Shown here: one piece after another, positions 15,001 through 28,095 of the stretch | Position numbering within the stretch: the stretch's first letter is position 1 | Layout: each line of letters starts with the position of its first letter | DNA from: Balanoglossus misakiensis | Lineage: Eukaryota > Animalia > Hemichordata | Assembly: GCA_040954595.2 (NCBI GenBank) | Contig: CM082577.2 | Location: forward strand, 186,001 to 250,000 | Reading direction: 5' to 3' | DNA: 64,000 nt | Translations under genes and position numbers: made by a program | The notes under the pieces: model-generated | What the model was told of the DNA's origin: nothing | Seen by the model: the letters and a program-made list of their open reading frames with translations, nothing else | Database searches by the model: none

Positions 15001-18000
15001 AAATCATCCACAAATGACAATTTTTCGACTTTCCGAAATTTCAAAATTTCTTCATTTTTTGAAAAAATCATGGGTTATAGCTCATGAAAATCATCCACAA
15101 ATGACAATTTTTCGACTTTCCGAAATTTCAAAATTTCTTCATTTTTTGAAAAAATCATGGGTTATAGCTCATGAAAATCATCCACAAATGACAATTTTTC
15201 GACTTTCCGAAATTTCAAAATTTCTTCATTTTTTGAAAAAATCATGGGTTATAGCTCATGAAAATCATCCACAAATGACAATTTTTCGACTTTACGAAAT
15301 TTCAAAATTTCTTCATTTTTTGAAAATATCATGGGTTATAGCTCATGAAAATCATCCACAAATGACAATTTTTCGACTTTCCGAAATTTCAAAATTTCTT
15401 CATTTTTTGAAAAAATCATGGGTTATAGCTCATGAAAATCATCCACAAATGAAATTTCAAAATATCTTCATTTTTTCAAAATATCATGGGTTATAGCTCA
15501 TGAAAATCATCCACAAATGACAATTTTTCGACTTTCCAAAATTTCAAAATTTCTTCATTTTTTTAAAAAATCATGGGTTATAGCTCATGAAACTCATCCA
15601 CAAATGACAATTTTACGATTTTCCGAAATTTCAAAATTTCTTCATTTTTTGAAAAAATCATGGGTTATAGCTCATGAAAATCATCCACAAATGACAATTT
15701 TTCGACTTTGCGAAATTTCAAAATTTCTTCATTTTTTGAAAAAATCATGGGTTATAGCTCATGAAAATCATCCACAAATGACAATTTTTCGACTTTCCGA
15801 AATTTCAAAATTTCTTCATTTTTTGAAAAAATCATGGGTTATAGCTCATGAAAATCATCCACAAATGACAATTTTTCGACTTTGCGAAATTTCAAAATTT
15901 CTTCATTTTTTGAAAAAATCATGGGTTATAGCTCATGAAAATCATCCACAAATGACAATTTTTCGACTTTCCGAAATTTCAAAATTTCTTCATTTTTTGA
16001 AAAAATCATGGGTTATAATATAGCTCATGAAAATCATCCACAAATGACAATTTTTCGACTTTCCGAAATTTCAAAATTTCTTCATTTTTTGAAAAAATCA
16101 TGGGTTATAGCTCATGAAAATCATTCACAAATGACAATTTTTCGACTTTACGAAATTTCAAAATTTCTTCATTTTTTGAAAATATCATGGGTTATAGCTC
16201 ATGAAAATCATCCACAAATGACAATTTTTCGACTTTGCGACATTTCAAAATTTCTTCATTTTTTGAAAAAATCATGGGTTATAGCTCATGAAAATCATCC
16301 ACAAATGACAATTTTTCGACTTTGCGAAATTTCAAAATTTCTTCATTTTTTGAAAAAATCATGGGTTATAGCTCATGAAAATCATCCACAAATGACAATT
16401 TTTCGACTTTCCGAAATTTCAAAATTTCTTCATTTTTTGAAAAAATCATGGGTTATAGCTCATGAAAATCATTCACAAATGACAATTTTTCGACTTTACG
16501 AAATTTCAAAATTTCTTCATTTTTTGAAAATATCATGGGTTATAGCTCATGAAAATCATCCACAAATGACAATTTTTCGACTTTGCGAAATTTCAAAATT
16601 TCTTCATTTTTTGAAAAAATCATGGGTTATAGCTCATGAAAATCATCCACAAATGACAATTTTTCGACTTTCCGAAATTTCAAAATTTCTTCATTTTTTG
16701 AAAAAATCATGGGTTATAATATAGCTCATGAAAATCATCCACAAATGACAATTTTTCGACTTTCCGAAATTTCAAAATTTCTTCATTTTTTGAAAAAATC
16801 ATGGGTTATAGCTCATGAAAATCATTCACAAATGACAATTTTTCGACTTTACGAAATTTCAAAATTTCTTCATTTTTTGAAAATATCATGGGTTATAGCT
16901 CATGAAAATCATCCACAAATGACAATTTTTCGACTTTGCGAAATTTCAAAATTTCTTCATTTTTTGAAAAAATCATGGGTTATAGCTCATGAAAATCATC
17001 CACAAATGACAATTTTTCGACTTTGCGAAATTTCAAAATTTCTTCATTTTTTGAAAAAATCATGGGTTATAGCTCATGAAAATCATCCACAAATGACAAT
17101 TTTTCGACTTTGCGAAATTTCAAAATTTCTTCATTTTTTGAAAAAATCATGGGTTATAGCTCATGAAAATCATCCACAAATGACAATTTTTCGACTTTCC
17201 GAAATTTCAAAATTTCTTCATTTTTTGAAAAAATCATGGGTTATAGCTCATGAAAATCATCCACAAATGACAATTTTTCGACTTTCCGAAATTTCAAAAT
17301 TTCTTCATTTTTTGAAAAAATCATGGGTTATAGCTCATGAAAATCATCCACAAATGACAATTTTTCGACTTTCCGAAATTTCAAAATTTCTTCATTTTTT
17401 GAAAAAATCATGGGTTATAGCTCATGAAAATCATCCACAAATGACAATTTTTCGACTTTACGAAATTTCAAAATTTCTTCATTTTTTGAAAATATCATGG
17501 GTTATAGCTCATGAAAATCATCCACAAATGACAATTTTTCGACTTTCCGAAATTTCAAAATTTCTTCATTTTTTGAAAAAATCATGGGTTATAGCTCATG
17601 AAAATCATCCACAAATGAAATTTCAAAATATCTTCATTTTTTCAAAATATCATGGGTTATAGCTCATGAAAATCATCCACAAATGACAATTTTTCGACTT
17701 TCCAAAATTTCAAAATTTCTTCATTTTTTTAAAAAATCATGGGTTATAGCTCATGAAACTCATCCACAAATGACAATTTTACGATTTTCCGAAATTTCAA
17801 AATTTCTTCATTTTTTGAAAAAATCATGGGTTATAGCTCATGAAAATCATCCACAAATGACAATTTTTCGACTTTGCGAAATTTCAAAATTTCTTCATTT
17901 TTTGAAAAAATCATGGGTTATAGCTCATGAAAATCATCCACAAATGACAATTTTTCGACTTTCCGAAATTTCAAAATTTCTTCATTTTTTGAAAAAATCA

Positions 18001-20843
18001 TGGGTTATAGCTCATGAAAATCATCCACAAATGACAATTTTTCGACTTTGCGAAATTTCAAAATTTCTTCATTTTTTGAAAAAATCATGGGTTATAGCTC
18101 ATGAAAATCATCCACAAATGACAATTTTTCGACTTTCCGAAATTTCAAAATTTCTTCATTTTTTGAAAAAATCATGGGTTATAATATAGCTCATGAAAAT
18201 CATCCACAAATGACAATTTTTCGACTTTCCGAAATTTCAAAATTTCTTCATTTTTTGAAAAAATCATGGGTTATAGCTCATGAAAATCATTCACAAATGA
18301 CAATTTTTCGACTTTACGAAATTTCAAAATTTCTTCATTTTTTGAAAATATCATGGGTTATAGCTCATGAAAATCATCCACAAATGACAATTTTTCGACT
18401 TTGCGACATTTCAAAATTTCTTCATTTTTTGAAAAAATCATGGGTTATAGCTCATGAAAATCATCCACAAATGACAATTTTTCGACTTTGCGAAATTTCA
18501 AAATTTCTTCATTTTTTGAAAAAATCATGGGTTATAGCTCATGAAAATCATCCACAAATGACAATTTTTCGACTTTGCGAAATTTCAAAATTTCTTCATT
18601 TTTTGAAAAAATCATGGGTTATAGCTCATGAAAATCATCCACAAATGACAATTTTTCGACTTTCCGAAATTTCAAAATTTCTTCATTTTTTGAAAAAATC
18701 ATGGGTTATAGCTCATGAAAATCATCCACAAATGACAATTTTTCGACTTTCCGAAATTTCAAAATTTCTTCATTTTTTGAAAAAATCATGGGTTATAGCT
18801 CATGAAAATCATCCACAAATGACAATTTTTCGACTTTCCGAAATTTCAAAATTTCTTCATTTTTTGAAAAAATCATGGGTTATAGCTCATGAAAATCATC
18901 CACAAATGAAATTTCAAAATATCTTCATTTTTTCAAAATATCATGGGTTATAGCTCATGAAAATCATCCACAAATGACAATTTTTCGACTTTCCAAAATT
19001 TCAAAATTTCTTCATTTTTTGAAAAAAATCATGGGTTATAGCTCATGAAACTCATCCACAAATGACAATTTTTCGATTTTCCGAAATTTCAAAATTTCTT
19101 CATTTTTTGAAAAAATCATGGGTTATAGCTCATGAAAATCATCCACAAATGACAATTTTTCGACTTTGCGAAATTTCAAAATTTCTTCATTTTTTGAAAA
19201 AAATCATGGGTTATAGCTCATGAAAATCATCCACAAATGACAATTTTTCGACTTTCCGAAATTTCAAAATTTCTTCATTTTTTGAAAAAATCATGGGTTA
19301 TAGCTCATGAAAATCATCCACAAATGACAATTTTTCGACTTTCCGAAATTTCAAAATTTCTTCATTTTTTGAAAAAATCATGGGTTATAGCTCATGAAAA
19401 TCATCCACAAATGACAATTTTTCGACTTTCCGAAATTTCAAAATTTCTTCATTTTTTGAAAAAATCATGGGTTATAGCTCATGAAAATCATTCACAAATG
19501 ACAATTTTTCGACTTTACGAAATTTCAAAATTTCTTCATTTTTTGAAAATATCATGGGTTATAGCTCATGAAAATCATCCGCAAATGACAATTTTTCGAC
19601 TTTCCGAAATTTCAAAATTTCTTCATTTTTTGAAAAAATCATGGGTTATAGCTCATGAAAATCATCCACAAATGAAATTTCAAAATTTCTTCATTTTTTG
19701 AAAAAATCATGGGTTATAGCTCATGAAAACCATCCACAAATGACAATTTTTCGACTTTGCGAAATTTGAAAATTTCTTCATTTTTTGAAAAAATCATGGG
19801 TTATAGCTCATGAAAATCATCCACAAATGACAAATTTTCGACTTTACGAAATTTCAAAATTTCTTCATTTTTTAAAAAAATCATGGGTTATAGCTCATGA
19901 AAATCATCCACAAATGACAATTTTTCGACTTTGCGAAATTTCAAAATTTCTTCATTTTTTGAAAAAATCATGGGTTATAGCTCATAAAAATCATCCACAT
20001 TTGACAATTTTTCGACTTTGCGAAATTTCAAAATTTCTTCATTTTTTGAAAAAATCATGGGTTATAGCTCATGAAAATCATCCACAAATGAAAATTTTTC
20101 GACTTTCCGAAATTTCAAAATTTCTTCATTTTTTGAAAAAATCATGGGTTATAGCTCATGAAAATCATCCACAAATGACAATTTTTCGACTTTGCGAAAT
20201 TTCAAAATTTCTTCATTTTTTGAAAAAATCATGGGTTATAGCTCATGAAAATCATCCACAAATGACAATTTTTCGACTTTGCGAAATTTCAAAATTTCTT
20301 CATTTTTTGAAAAAATCATGGGTTATAGCTCATGAAAATCATCCACAAATGACAATTTTTCGACTTTGCGAAATTTCATAATTTCTTCATTTTTTGAAAA
20401 AATCATGGTTTATAGCTCATGAAAATCATCCACAAATGACAATTTTTCGACTTTCCGAAATTTCAAAATTTCTTCATTTTTTGAAAAAAACATGGGTTAT
20501 AGCTCATGAAAATCATCCACAAATGACAATTTTTCGACTTTGCGAAATTTCAAAATTTCTTCATTTTTTGAAAAAATCATGGGTTATAGCTCATGAAAAT
20601 CATCCACAAATGACAATTTTTCGACTTTGCGAAATTTTAAAATTTCTTCATTTTTTGAAAAAATCATGGGTTATAGCTCATGAAAATCATCCACAAATGA
20701 CAATTTTTCGACTTTCCGAAATTTCAAAATTTCTTCATTTTTTGAAAAAATCATGGGTTATAGCTCATGAAAATCATCCACAAATGACAATTTTTCGACT
20801 TTACGAAATTTCAAAATTTCTTCATTTTTTGAAAATATCATGG
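1..20843 (+). repeat. Tandem satellite DNA, 87-bp monomer, about 240 copies; continues beyond the left edge
   Basis: Consensus ATGACAATTTTTCGACTTT(C/G)CGAAATTTCAAAATTTCTTCATTTTTTGAAAAAATCATGGGTTATAGCTCATGAAAATCATCCACAA repeats head-to-tail throughout. The 29-aa periodicity in the ORF track equals 87 bp. Confidence 0.99.
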
Positions 20844-21323
20844 AAAGTCGAAAAATTGTCATTTGTGGATGATTTTCATGAGCTATAACCCATGGTTTTT
20901 GTCAAAAAATGACGAAATTTCGATATTTCGCAAAGTCGAAAAATTGTCACTTTTGGATGATTTTCATGAGCTATAACCCATGGTTTTTGTCAAAAAATGA
21001 CGAAATTTCGATATTTCGCAAAGTCGAAAAATTGTCATTTTTGGATGATTTTCATGGGCTATAACCCATGATTTTTGTCAAAAAATGACGAAATTTCGAT
21101 ATTTCGCAAAGTCGAAAAATTGTCATTTTTGTATGATTTTCATGAGCTATAACCCATGATTTTTGTCAAAAAGTGACGAAATTTCGATCTTTCGCAAAGT
21201 CGAAAAATCGTCACTTTTGGATGATTTTCATGAGCTATAAGCCATGGTTTTTGTCAAAAAATGACGAAATTTCGATATTTCGCAAAGTCGAAAAATTGTC
21301 ATTTTTGGATGATTTTCATGAGC
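20842..21323 (-). repeat. Inverted block of about 5.5 divergent 88-bp satellite monomers ending the array
   Basis: The sequence switches to the reverse complement at ATCAT-GG-AAAGTCGAAAAATTGTCA. Units carry the TTTTGACAAAAA and ATATCGAAATTTCGTCA variants. Unique sequence starts at 21324. Confidence 0.97.
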
Positions 21324-22875
21324 AAAGCAGCAGTGCCATCATTGACCTTATTCAAGTCACTAAACAGGAATAGCGAGTCACCGGAATTAAGAGTTTGTGA
21401 TTTTGTTGCATGCCATTTTGGTAAACAGACCCAGTTTTGAGGGGTGTCCTGGGTGGAAGTAATAGCGTGTCAACCCGTCCCACTTTGCTGGCATTTACAT
21501 ACAGGGGCTAATTTGCGAGTCTCCGCGGCCGTAAAGCCAAGTCGTAAATGTACTCTTTAATATACCCTTTAACGTCAATAATCTAATTTACCCTTTAACG
21601 TCAATAATCTGCGTCAAGATTTCGAGTGCGAACTCCAGAGACGTCAGGATTCCAGGAACAAACGAAGTAGAATTCCCCATTGGCGTTTATATTGTCATTT
21701 TAATATCTGACAAGTAATCAGGGGGAAATCAGGTTAATATGTTCCTTGTAATTGACGGCTTTTAGTAAAATTTCCCAAGCTATTGCACGGGACTATAGAC
21801 AAATAATGTAGTATGCCTACACCCCTCGAAATCAAAGTCTTAAACTGTTCTCATATTTTATCCAAGGAACGTTACATTATTCTCTCATATTGCTTAAAAT
21901 TAAGGATAAAAATTGGTGGTCACAAGGCAAGAACCCATGCCGCTTCCCCTCTCACGATGTCATACTAAGTTCGATGATCCTGACGTGCCCTTCGATAAAT
22001 ACATGACGCAGTCTCAACTGATAACTTCGTATAGCCTAAAATTTATTGCAGCTGCAAGGCCTGCGAAATTACACGTAACAGTATCCCTATCTTTGCCCCA
22101 AGAATACGTGTGTTGTGCGTCTACCATACAAAGCAGACAAAGTTTAGTTCTAAAATTGTAGCCCAAAATATTATATTTTAATGCCATAAGAATAGTTCCT
22201 AATGAAGACTGGTATAATTATGTCAGTATTGCGTAAGTGGTTGGACAATTTGCGTAATCACAGTGCAGGTGCTATCGAGTGCATGCTATCTCGACTGATG
22301 ACCGTCTGGTAATCGTCTACATCTAGACAAATGGATCGTAGAGAAAAGAAATGCAGACTTCTTGGTATGAAATAAGCCAAAAGGCGATACCACGGCGATG
22401 TACATGTACATCGTCGCTTTAGTTGCTTTTTGGGGGAGGGGGGGGGGGATTTTTGCAAAAGTACTAGTATGTACTGCATTTCGTTCATTTTTTCTGGTCC
22501 AGTTACCCATACGACATTTCACTCCGTGATTTCCTGCAAATTCTCAAGTATCAGGCCCCTTGCAATTATGGGCTGCATAAAAAGAGGTATGCCGCCAGTA
22601 TTGGATTTCCAAGAGACGACAAGATACGCATTTTTTCGATATATGTGTTTTCAGGTCAAGGTAATCGGCTGAAAGACGCGGCTACTCCCAAGATCATTGA
22701 AACAAGTCCGTTAAAAAGATAAAATAAAAGATGACGCACATCGGTCATTGGGATAAATGGGGCCGACAAGTGCACAGGGACAAATGAAACCTTCCCTCGT
22801 TTAAACAAAAGTAATATACACAAGGATGTTATTAGGACAGATGAGAGTGCCAAAGCAAAATTTAAATTGCGGTAT

Positions 22876-22907
22876 TGTCTGCCTGTCTGTCTGTCTGCCT
22901 GTCTGCC

Positions 22908-22942
<35 letters not shown>

Positions 22943-22972
22943 TTGTTTGTTTGTTTGTTTATTTATTTGTTT
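22876..22972. repeat. Compound microsatellite (TGTC)n/(TTTG)n
   Basis: Directly visible. Confidence 0.95.
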
Positions 22973-23078
22973 GGCAGTGTGTCAAATAGTGTTTGATGAT
23001 AATTCACACAGACATATACACATGTGCAATAATTAAATAAAGAATTATATAAAATGAATAATTTCAATAATATAAGGA

Positions 23079-23346
<268 letters not shown>

Positions 23347-24379
23347 TTTTGTCTCAAGGCCTCGTCATTCTTGTTCGATCGCTGAGATACGAAAACAATT
23401 TGGCATTGAGACACAATTAGTGTATACAGTCAGTGTATTTTTGCGGTTTTCGTGATTATCAAATTTATTAAACAAATTAAATGGGTATACAGCCTTGGGA
23501 ATAATTTACCCCTGGCGCCGGGCGGCGCCGATCACAGATTAATGCTTTCAACACCGCAAATTGTGTTTTCTGTTCCATCTTATAAAGACATACACTCGTG
23601 TCATGTAGGAGAGAGGGAGAGAGAAGAGAGAGAGGGGGGGGGGAGAAAAGGAGAGAGAGAGTCAATCACTGGTATTGTACCCCGAGCGAATGCTACAGAG
23701 AGAAATGGAACATTTTAGTAACGTGTCCGCAACATTACAACTAATTCGTGGTTTATGATTTGTGTGTTTCTCGCTAAAAAGTGCAGAGATGTGGCCATCA
23801 GACTGATTAATACTTCCTGAAACATATTCACAACGTCCTTGGAGCGTCTACTTCTGGTATTCACTCAACACTAAACCGCTTTTGAAGGGAAAAACGATCA
23901 TTTTCTAAGAGAATCAGGAACACGAGACGAAGATACTCGCCACTCTGGCATCGTTCGATAAAATTACTAACATGAGATCAGAAGCCGACGAAGCAAATGA
24001 GCCATAGCATCTTTATACGCTACTTCACAAAGTCATACCACCGTGCGATATTGAATTAAAGTCAGTGCGTGCCAACCTGGATCCATACTTATCCTTAACC
24101 TAATTGACATAAATGCCTTTATTTTGACGCGCTGCAAGACTCGCGCCGGAATCCACTGACTTTTCGTCTGCACCTTGCCCGATTTGGCACTATGCCAAAA
24201 TTGAGCAGACATCAAAGCGAACATCGAGTGGGGAAATTCATTCGTGCAAAAATAGTACTTCAAATCAAATCAAATCATCCATGTAAATTACAGAATCCAT
24301 GCATCGATTAATGTAAAAGTCTGACATCAGAATGTTGAATTAGGTCTAACTGCATTTTTCTTTATCGTGGAATAAATTG

Positions 24380-24414
24380 GTTTGTTTGTTTGTTTGTTTG
24401 TTTGTTTGTTTGTT
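24380..24414. repeat. (GTTT)n microsatellite
   Basis: Directly visible. Confidence 0.95.
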
Positions 24415-25420
24415 ACTTGGCAATGCTTCAAATAACACTTAATATTATGCATCGCACTTGTTCCCTCCCGCCGGGCAAACATTCAAATTTACCAAAAGGC
24501 ATGGATTGTTTGCTTTTTCAATATCAAAGTAGTTGAAATAAAAAAAATCTTTTCTGTTGCAGTTGTTAAGCATTCACGCAGCTTCGTCGTTAATGGCAAC
24601 GCGTTGAATGGGTATGCGATACGAACGTAATGAGGACGGTCCAATTTGTGTGACCTTGTCGATTTCACTACAACGATCACGAGAAAAGTCATGTAACGGT
24701 TGTATCAATTGTAGACAATATGCTAAATCTAGCGCTCCTACACTTATGCGACAAAATTGCCGCTTCTAATCGTGATAGAGTTTGTTAATATGAGTAAAAT
24801 AGCGAGTAATGAATAAAATGCTGAGTTGAGTAATAACGGGTAACACTTCTTCAGAAATGTAATTCTTTTCTGTTCGCTCAGTATTGAGTGCATTGGCCGA
24901 TCACGACTGCAAAAAAACTATTTGTGAAAATTAATGATTGATTGCCGACAGAAGTTCTCGTGTGACCCTCGTGACATTTAATATGTCGATCAGTGTAGTA
25001 TGGTGTCAGTTCTGTACCAGCGGTTTTGATGTGATCTGAAGATATCGCAAGCCTCAATGGAAATATCCAATAAAACACAATATTCAATGTAAACGCAAGT
25101 CTTTACTGAATCACTGATGATTTCTATCACGATTTTTAGCACTGAACCTGAATAAAACCAATAGGCATGCATGCTTACAGAGACTGTAGAATAAAAAATC
25201 TCCAACATTTCCGTGTCGAAAAGGATTTTTAAGTCAATTTCAGATGTGACGTACGTGACAGTGATAACGTCTTTTTGTAAGATAACGCTTTCGGAAATCA
25301 TGGCGGTAAGGAATGTCCTACATTTTATAGGTCAACGTTCTCGACTGACGTCTGCAGTCTGCAAACAACAAAATCTTCCGAAATGCCCCCTTTTACATTA
25401 CGTGCATCGCTATTGTTTCC

Positions 25421-25423
<3 letters not shown>

Positions 25424-25506
<83 letters not shown>

Positions 25507-25582
25507 TTATCTGTCTGTCTGTCTGTCTGTCTGCACGTCTGTCTGTCTGTACGTCTGTCCGTCCGTCCATCCATCCACCTAT
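25424..25582. repeat. Compound microsatellite (TCTG)n/(TCTA)n/(TCCG)/(TCCA)
   Basis: Directly visible; explains the LSVC-repeat ORFs. Confidence 0.95.
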
Positions 25583-26358
25583 CCATTCTCACATGAAGTT
25601 CATAACGCACCGATATATTAAAGTTTGTTCGTCGAGACTCCCAACACCAAATTACACACATCAGTGGACGCATGGGCGCAATGAGTTGAATTTGATCTGT
25701 CAGGATATTTAAGCACGTAATCACTCCCGACATTCATGTCTGCGTGGTGGAAAAAAATTAATTATATGTAAGATATGAAAGGACGTAATTCGGAGAAGGT
25801 TCGGAGATGTGCGCACGCGCTATTCGAAAATCAAACAAGTGTCCAGTATAGTATGTCATCCCGAAGACAGCGAGATGAGCCCATGTGTCAGTTAAACTCT
25901 ACACGTTAGAGAAGCAGAAATTGTGCAGAAATTGACCTTCCGTCCATCTGATCACCCGAGAGAGAGAGAGAGGAGGGGGGGGGAGAAAGAGAGAGGGAGA
26001 GAGAGAAAAAGAAAAAGAGAGAGTGCGCATGTCGCTTTAGTCGTTACCGTCAATTGTGATTGATCGACGGAGTGGCTAGCATCGGTAACTCAAAGACTTC
26101 AACCTGTGATTGTGTGGTAATGATGATTTCTCGGCGGGCTCTTTCAAGAGTGTGCGCCGAGACGGATGGCAGTCTTATCGTTCCGTTCTGGAGATAGAGG
26201 TCGAAGATTCGTTTGACGAAGGAGACATGCAACGTTCCGATGAAAATGGCGACACGTGTTCTCCTCTAGGCTTCCGCTACATACGCTTTAATAGCCGAAA
26301 AGAAAACTGACATTATCAAAGAAAATCGATACAGGGGTATTGACCGATAATTTATTTC

Positions 26359-26384
26359 GAGAGAGAGAGAGAGAGAGAGAGAGA
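26359..26384. repeat. (GA)n microsatellite
   Basis: Directly visible. Confidence 0.9.
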
Positions 26385-26659
26385 AACGTAAAACTGTCAT
26401 TCTGGGTAAATTCCCTACTCTATTGCCAACAATCTCGAATAAACAACGGGGGCGTGGATTGTGGGTTGACTCTAGGAAAGCCTCTCCCATTTGATAATCG
26501 ACCGACGTCGCTTCGAGTGGGGAGGGGGGGGGGGTGTCGCAAGGCGCGGCAAAATATAATTTTCATGTGACAGACACCAGACGTATGCTAATTTTGTTAG
26601 TAGTTTCTAGTCTGATTATTCTGGCCAATACGTTATTGTCGGAGATGAACGGTGTCGAC

Positions 26660-26835
26660 TGGGGATGACGTTACGCCTTCGTCGCTGCTGTGGTTGGGCA
26701 GCGCTAATGACGACGTCCCGTTTGCAGTATATATAGCGGTGAGAAGCCGCCCAGTGCACCACATCTACCTCAAGAGTGACAAACCCATCGCGCGCTTCAA
26801 TTGCACAACTGGACCATCATCAATCCGTCGGAAAG
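26660..26835 (+). promoter_or_regulatory. Putative TATA promoter and non-coding first exon
   Basis: TGACG CRE half-sites at ~26666 and ~26708, TATATATA at 26728-26735, then a donor AAG|GTGAGA after 26835. Confidence 0.5.
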
Positions 26836-27604
26836 GTGAGACAGTTTAATTTGTGTTTTGTCGTTGTTGTTGTTGTTGTTGTTTTGTTTTGTTTTGTTTG
26901 TTTGTTTTGTTTTGGGGGGGGGGTAAAAAGTAACCCGCATTAGTTCAATGTCGTTCCGCTTTCCAGTTTCCTTTTTTTCTTTGTCGTCATCCTTTTCCAA
27001 CCTCTTTTCCACGTCAAATTTACTGCGAGATAGAGCATTCAAAGTTTTCACAAGTTTTGATTGTGACTTTAAACAAAAAAAGTTCAGCGAGTGGACACAA
27101 CGCAATAGAAACATTCGTGTGAATTCGGTGGGAAGCGGAAAGAATATTTTTATCACTGTAAACTTCATTATCTTCGTTCTGCGCATTTCGATCTTTGCAC
27201 ATTCATTTCATCGGAGCCGTTTAACTATGTAAAGTGGAACGTCACGTCTAATTGAATTCACCGGGTATACAAATTTGTACTCGGCTCCACTGGTACGCAC
27301 ACAGGCGCCTTCTTCACATATGTTGGAACATTTCTAATAACACTCGCATGGACGTAGTTTACCTTCATGAAAATCTGTTCGGTTTTGTTTTGCTCTCTCA
27401 AACCCCAGTAATTATTGCAGGAAAAGTTGGTTGTTAGTGGAAAGTGGGCACTCCGTGTTCTGTGCACACGACGACATATTACTACAGACGAATGACCCCC
27501 CCCCCCCCGTTTACCTCTGGAATTAAACGTCCCTTTTCGTCTGCCTATAGGTGCGTGGAATTATCCTATATTCGGCAGCTACACATATCACCTTTTCCAG
27601 AGAA

Positions 27605-27736
27605 ATGACTTGGTGGATGACAGCTTTCCTGGTATCTTACGTCGTGGTCATGGCGACGTGTTCATATCAGCCAAATGTGGGTGCAAGAAAATCCTCGGCT
27701 CTGCATAAAAAACTTTATCCACTGCCAATGCAATAC
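27605..27736 (+). CDS. Candidate first coding exon of a small secreted protein or peptide precursor; downstream exon not identified
   Basis: Acceptor CTTTTCGTCTGCCTATAG at 27550 and GAAATG at 27605. Encodes MTWWMTAFLVSYVVVMATCSYQPNVGARKSSALHKKLYPLPMQY with a hydrophobic signal-like N-terminus, then a consensus donor TAC|GTAAGT in phase 0. Confidence 0.45.
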
Positions 27737-27755
27737 GTAAGTCTCTTCGATTTAA

Positions 27756-28095
27756 TCTACAATCCAGACTCGTGTGCTTTGCTTACTCCACACACAGTCT
27801 TGCATTTTGGTCTTCATTTTTGAAATTTTGCTATTTGCATGTCAAAAGACTCTAACCATGGCAACTCAGGTCACTGCTCACTATTTGATCATGATCATGG
27901 CATCTTAGAAGTCAATGTACTACTGATTGGCTTAGTTAATGAGCAGGGGTGTTGCTCCCAATATCAGTGACCTGATTTGCCATGGCTATAGTCCTTTGGC
28001 ACGCAAAAAAAAGTTTTAAAATTGAAGACCAAAATGTTAGACTGTTTGGGTAGTGAGGAAAGCGGAAAAACACACACACGAGTTGGGATTCTAGA
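27756..28095. mobile_element. Degenerate MITE-like fold-back element (~340 bp, ~120-bp imperfect inverted arms)
   Basis: CATTTTGGTCTTCA...CCATGGCAACTCAGGTCACTG (left arm) pairs with CAGTGACCTGATTTGCCATGG...TGAAGACCAAAATG (right arm). The match extends outward to TCTACAATCC / GGATTCTAGA. No clear TSD. Confidence 0.75.

Noticed and set aside
39-20888. Dozens of ORFs with the 29-aa repeat MTIFRLSEISKFLHFLKKSWVIAHENHPQ
   Set aside because: Artefact of an 87-bp monomer with one stop-free frame. Frequent +1, +5, +8 and -19 indels and mostly amino-acid-changing variants show no coding constraint.
1-21323. CRISPR-like or telomeric array
   Set aside because: No unique spacers, no cas genes and no short G-rich telomere motif; the context is eukaryotic.
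21564-21610. 22-bp direct repeat TACCCTTTAACGTCAATAATCT x2
   Set aside because: Simple local tandem duplication with no further support.
25213-25733. ORFs with LSVC or TDRQ repeats
   Set aside because: Translations of the (TCTG)n microsatellite.
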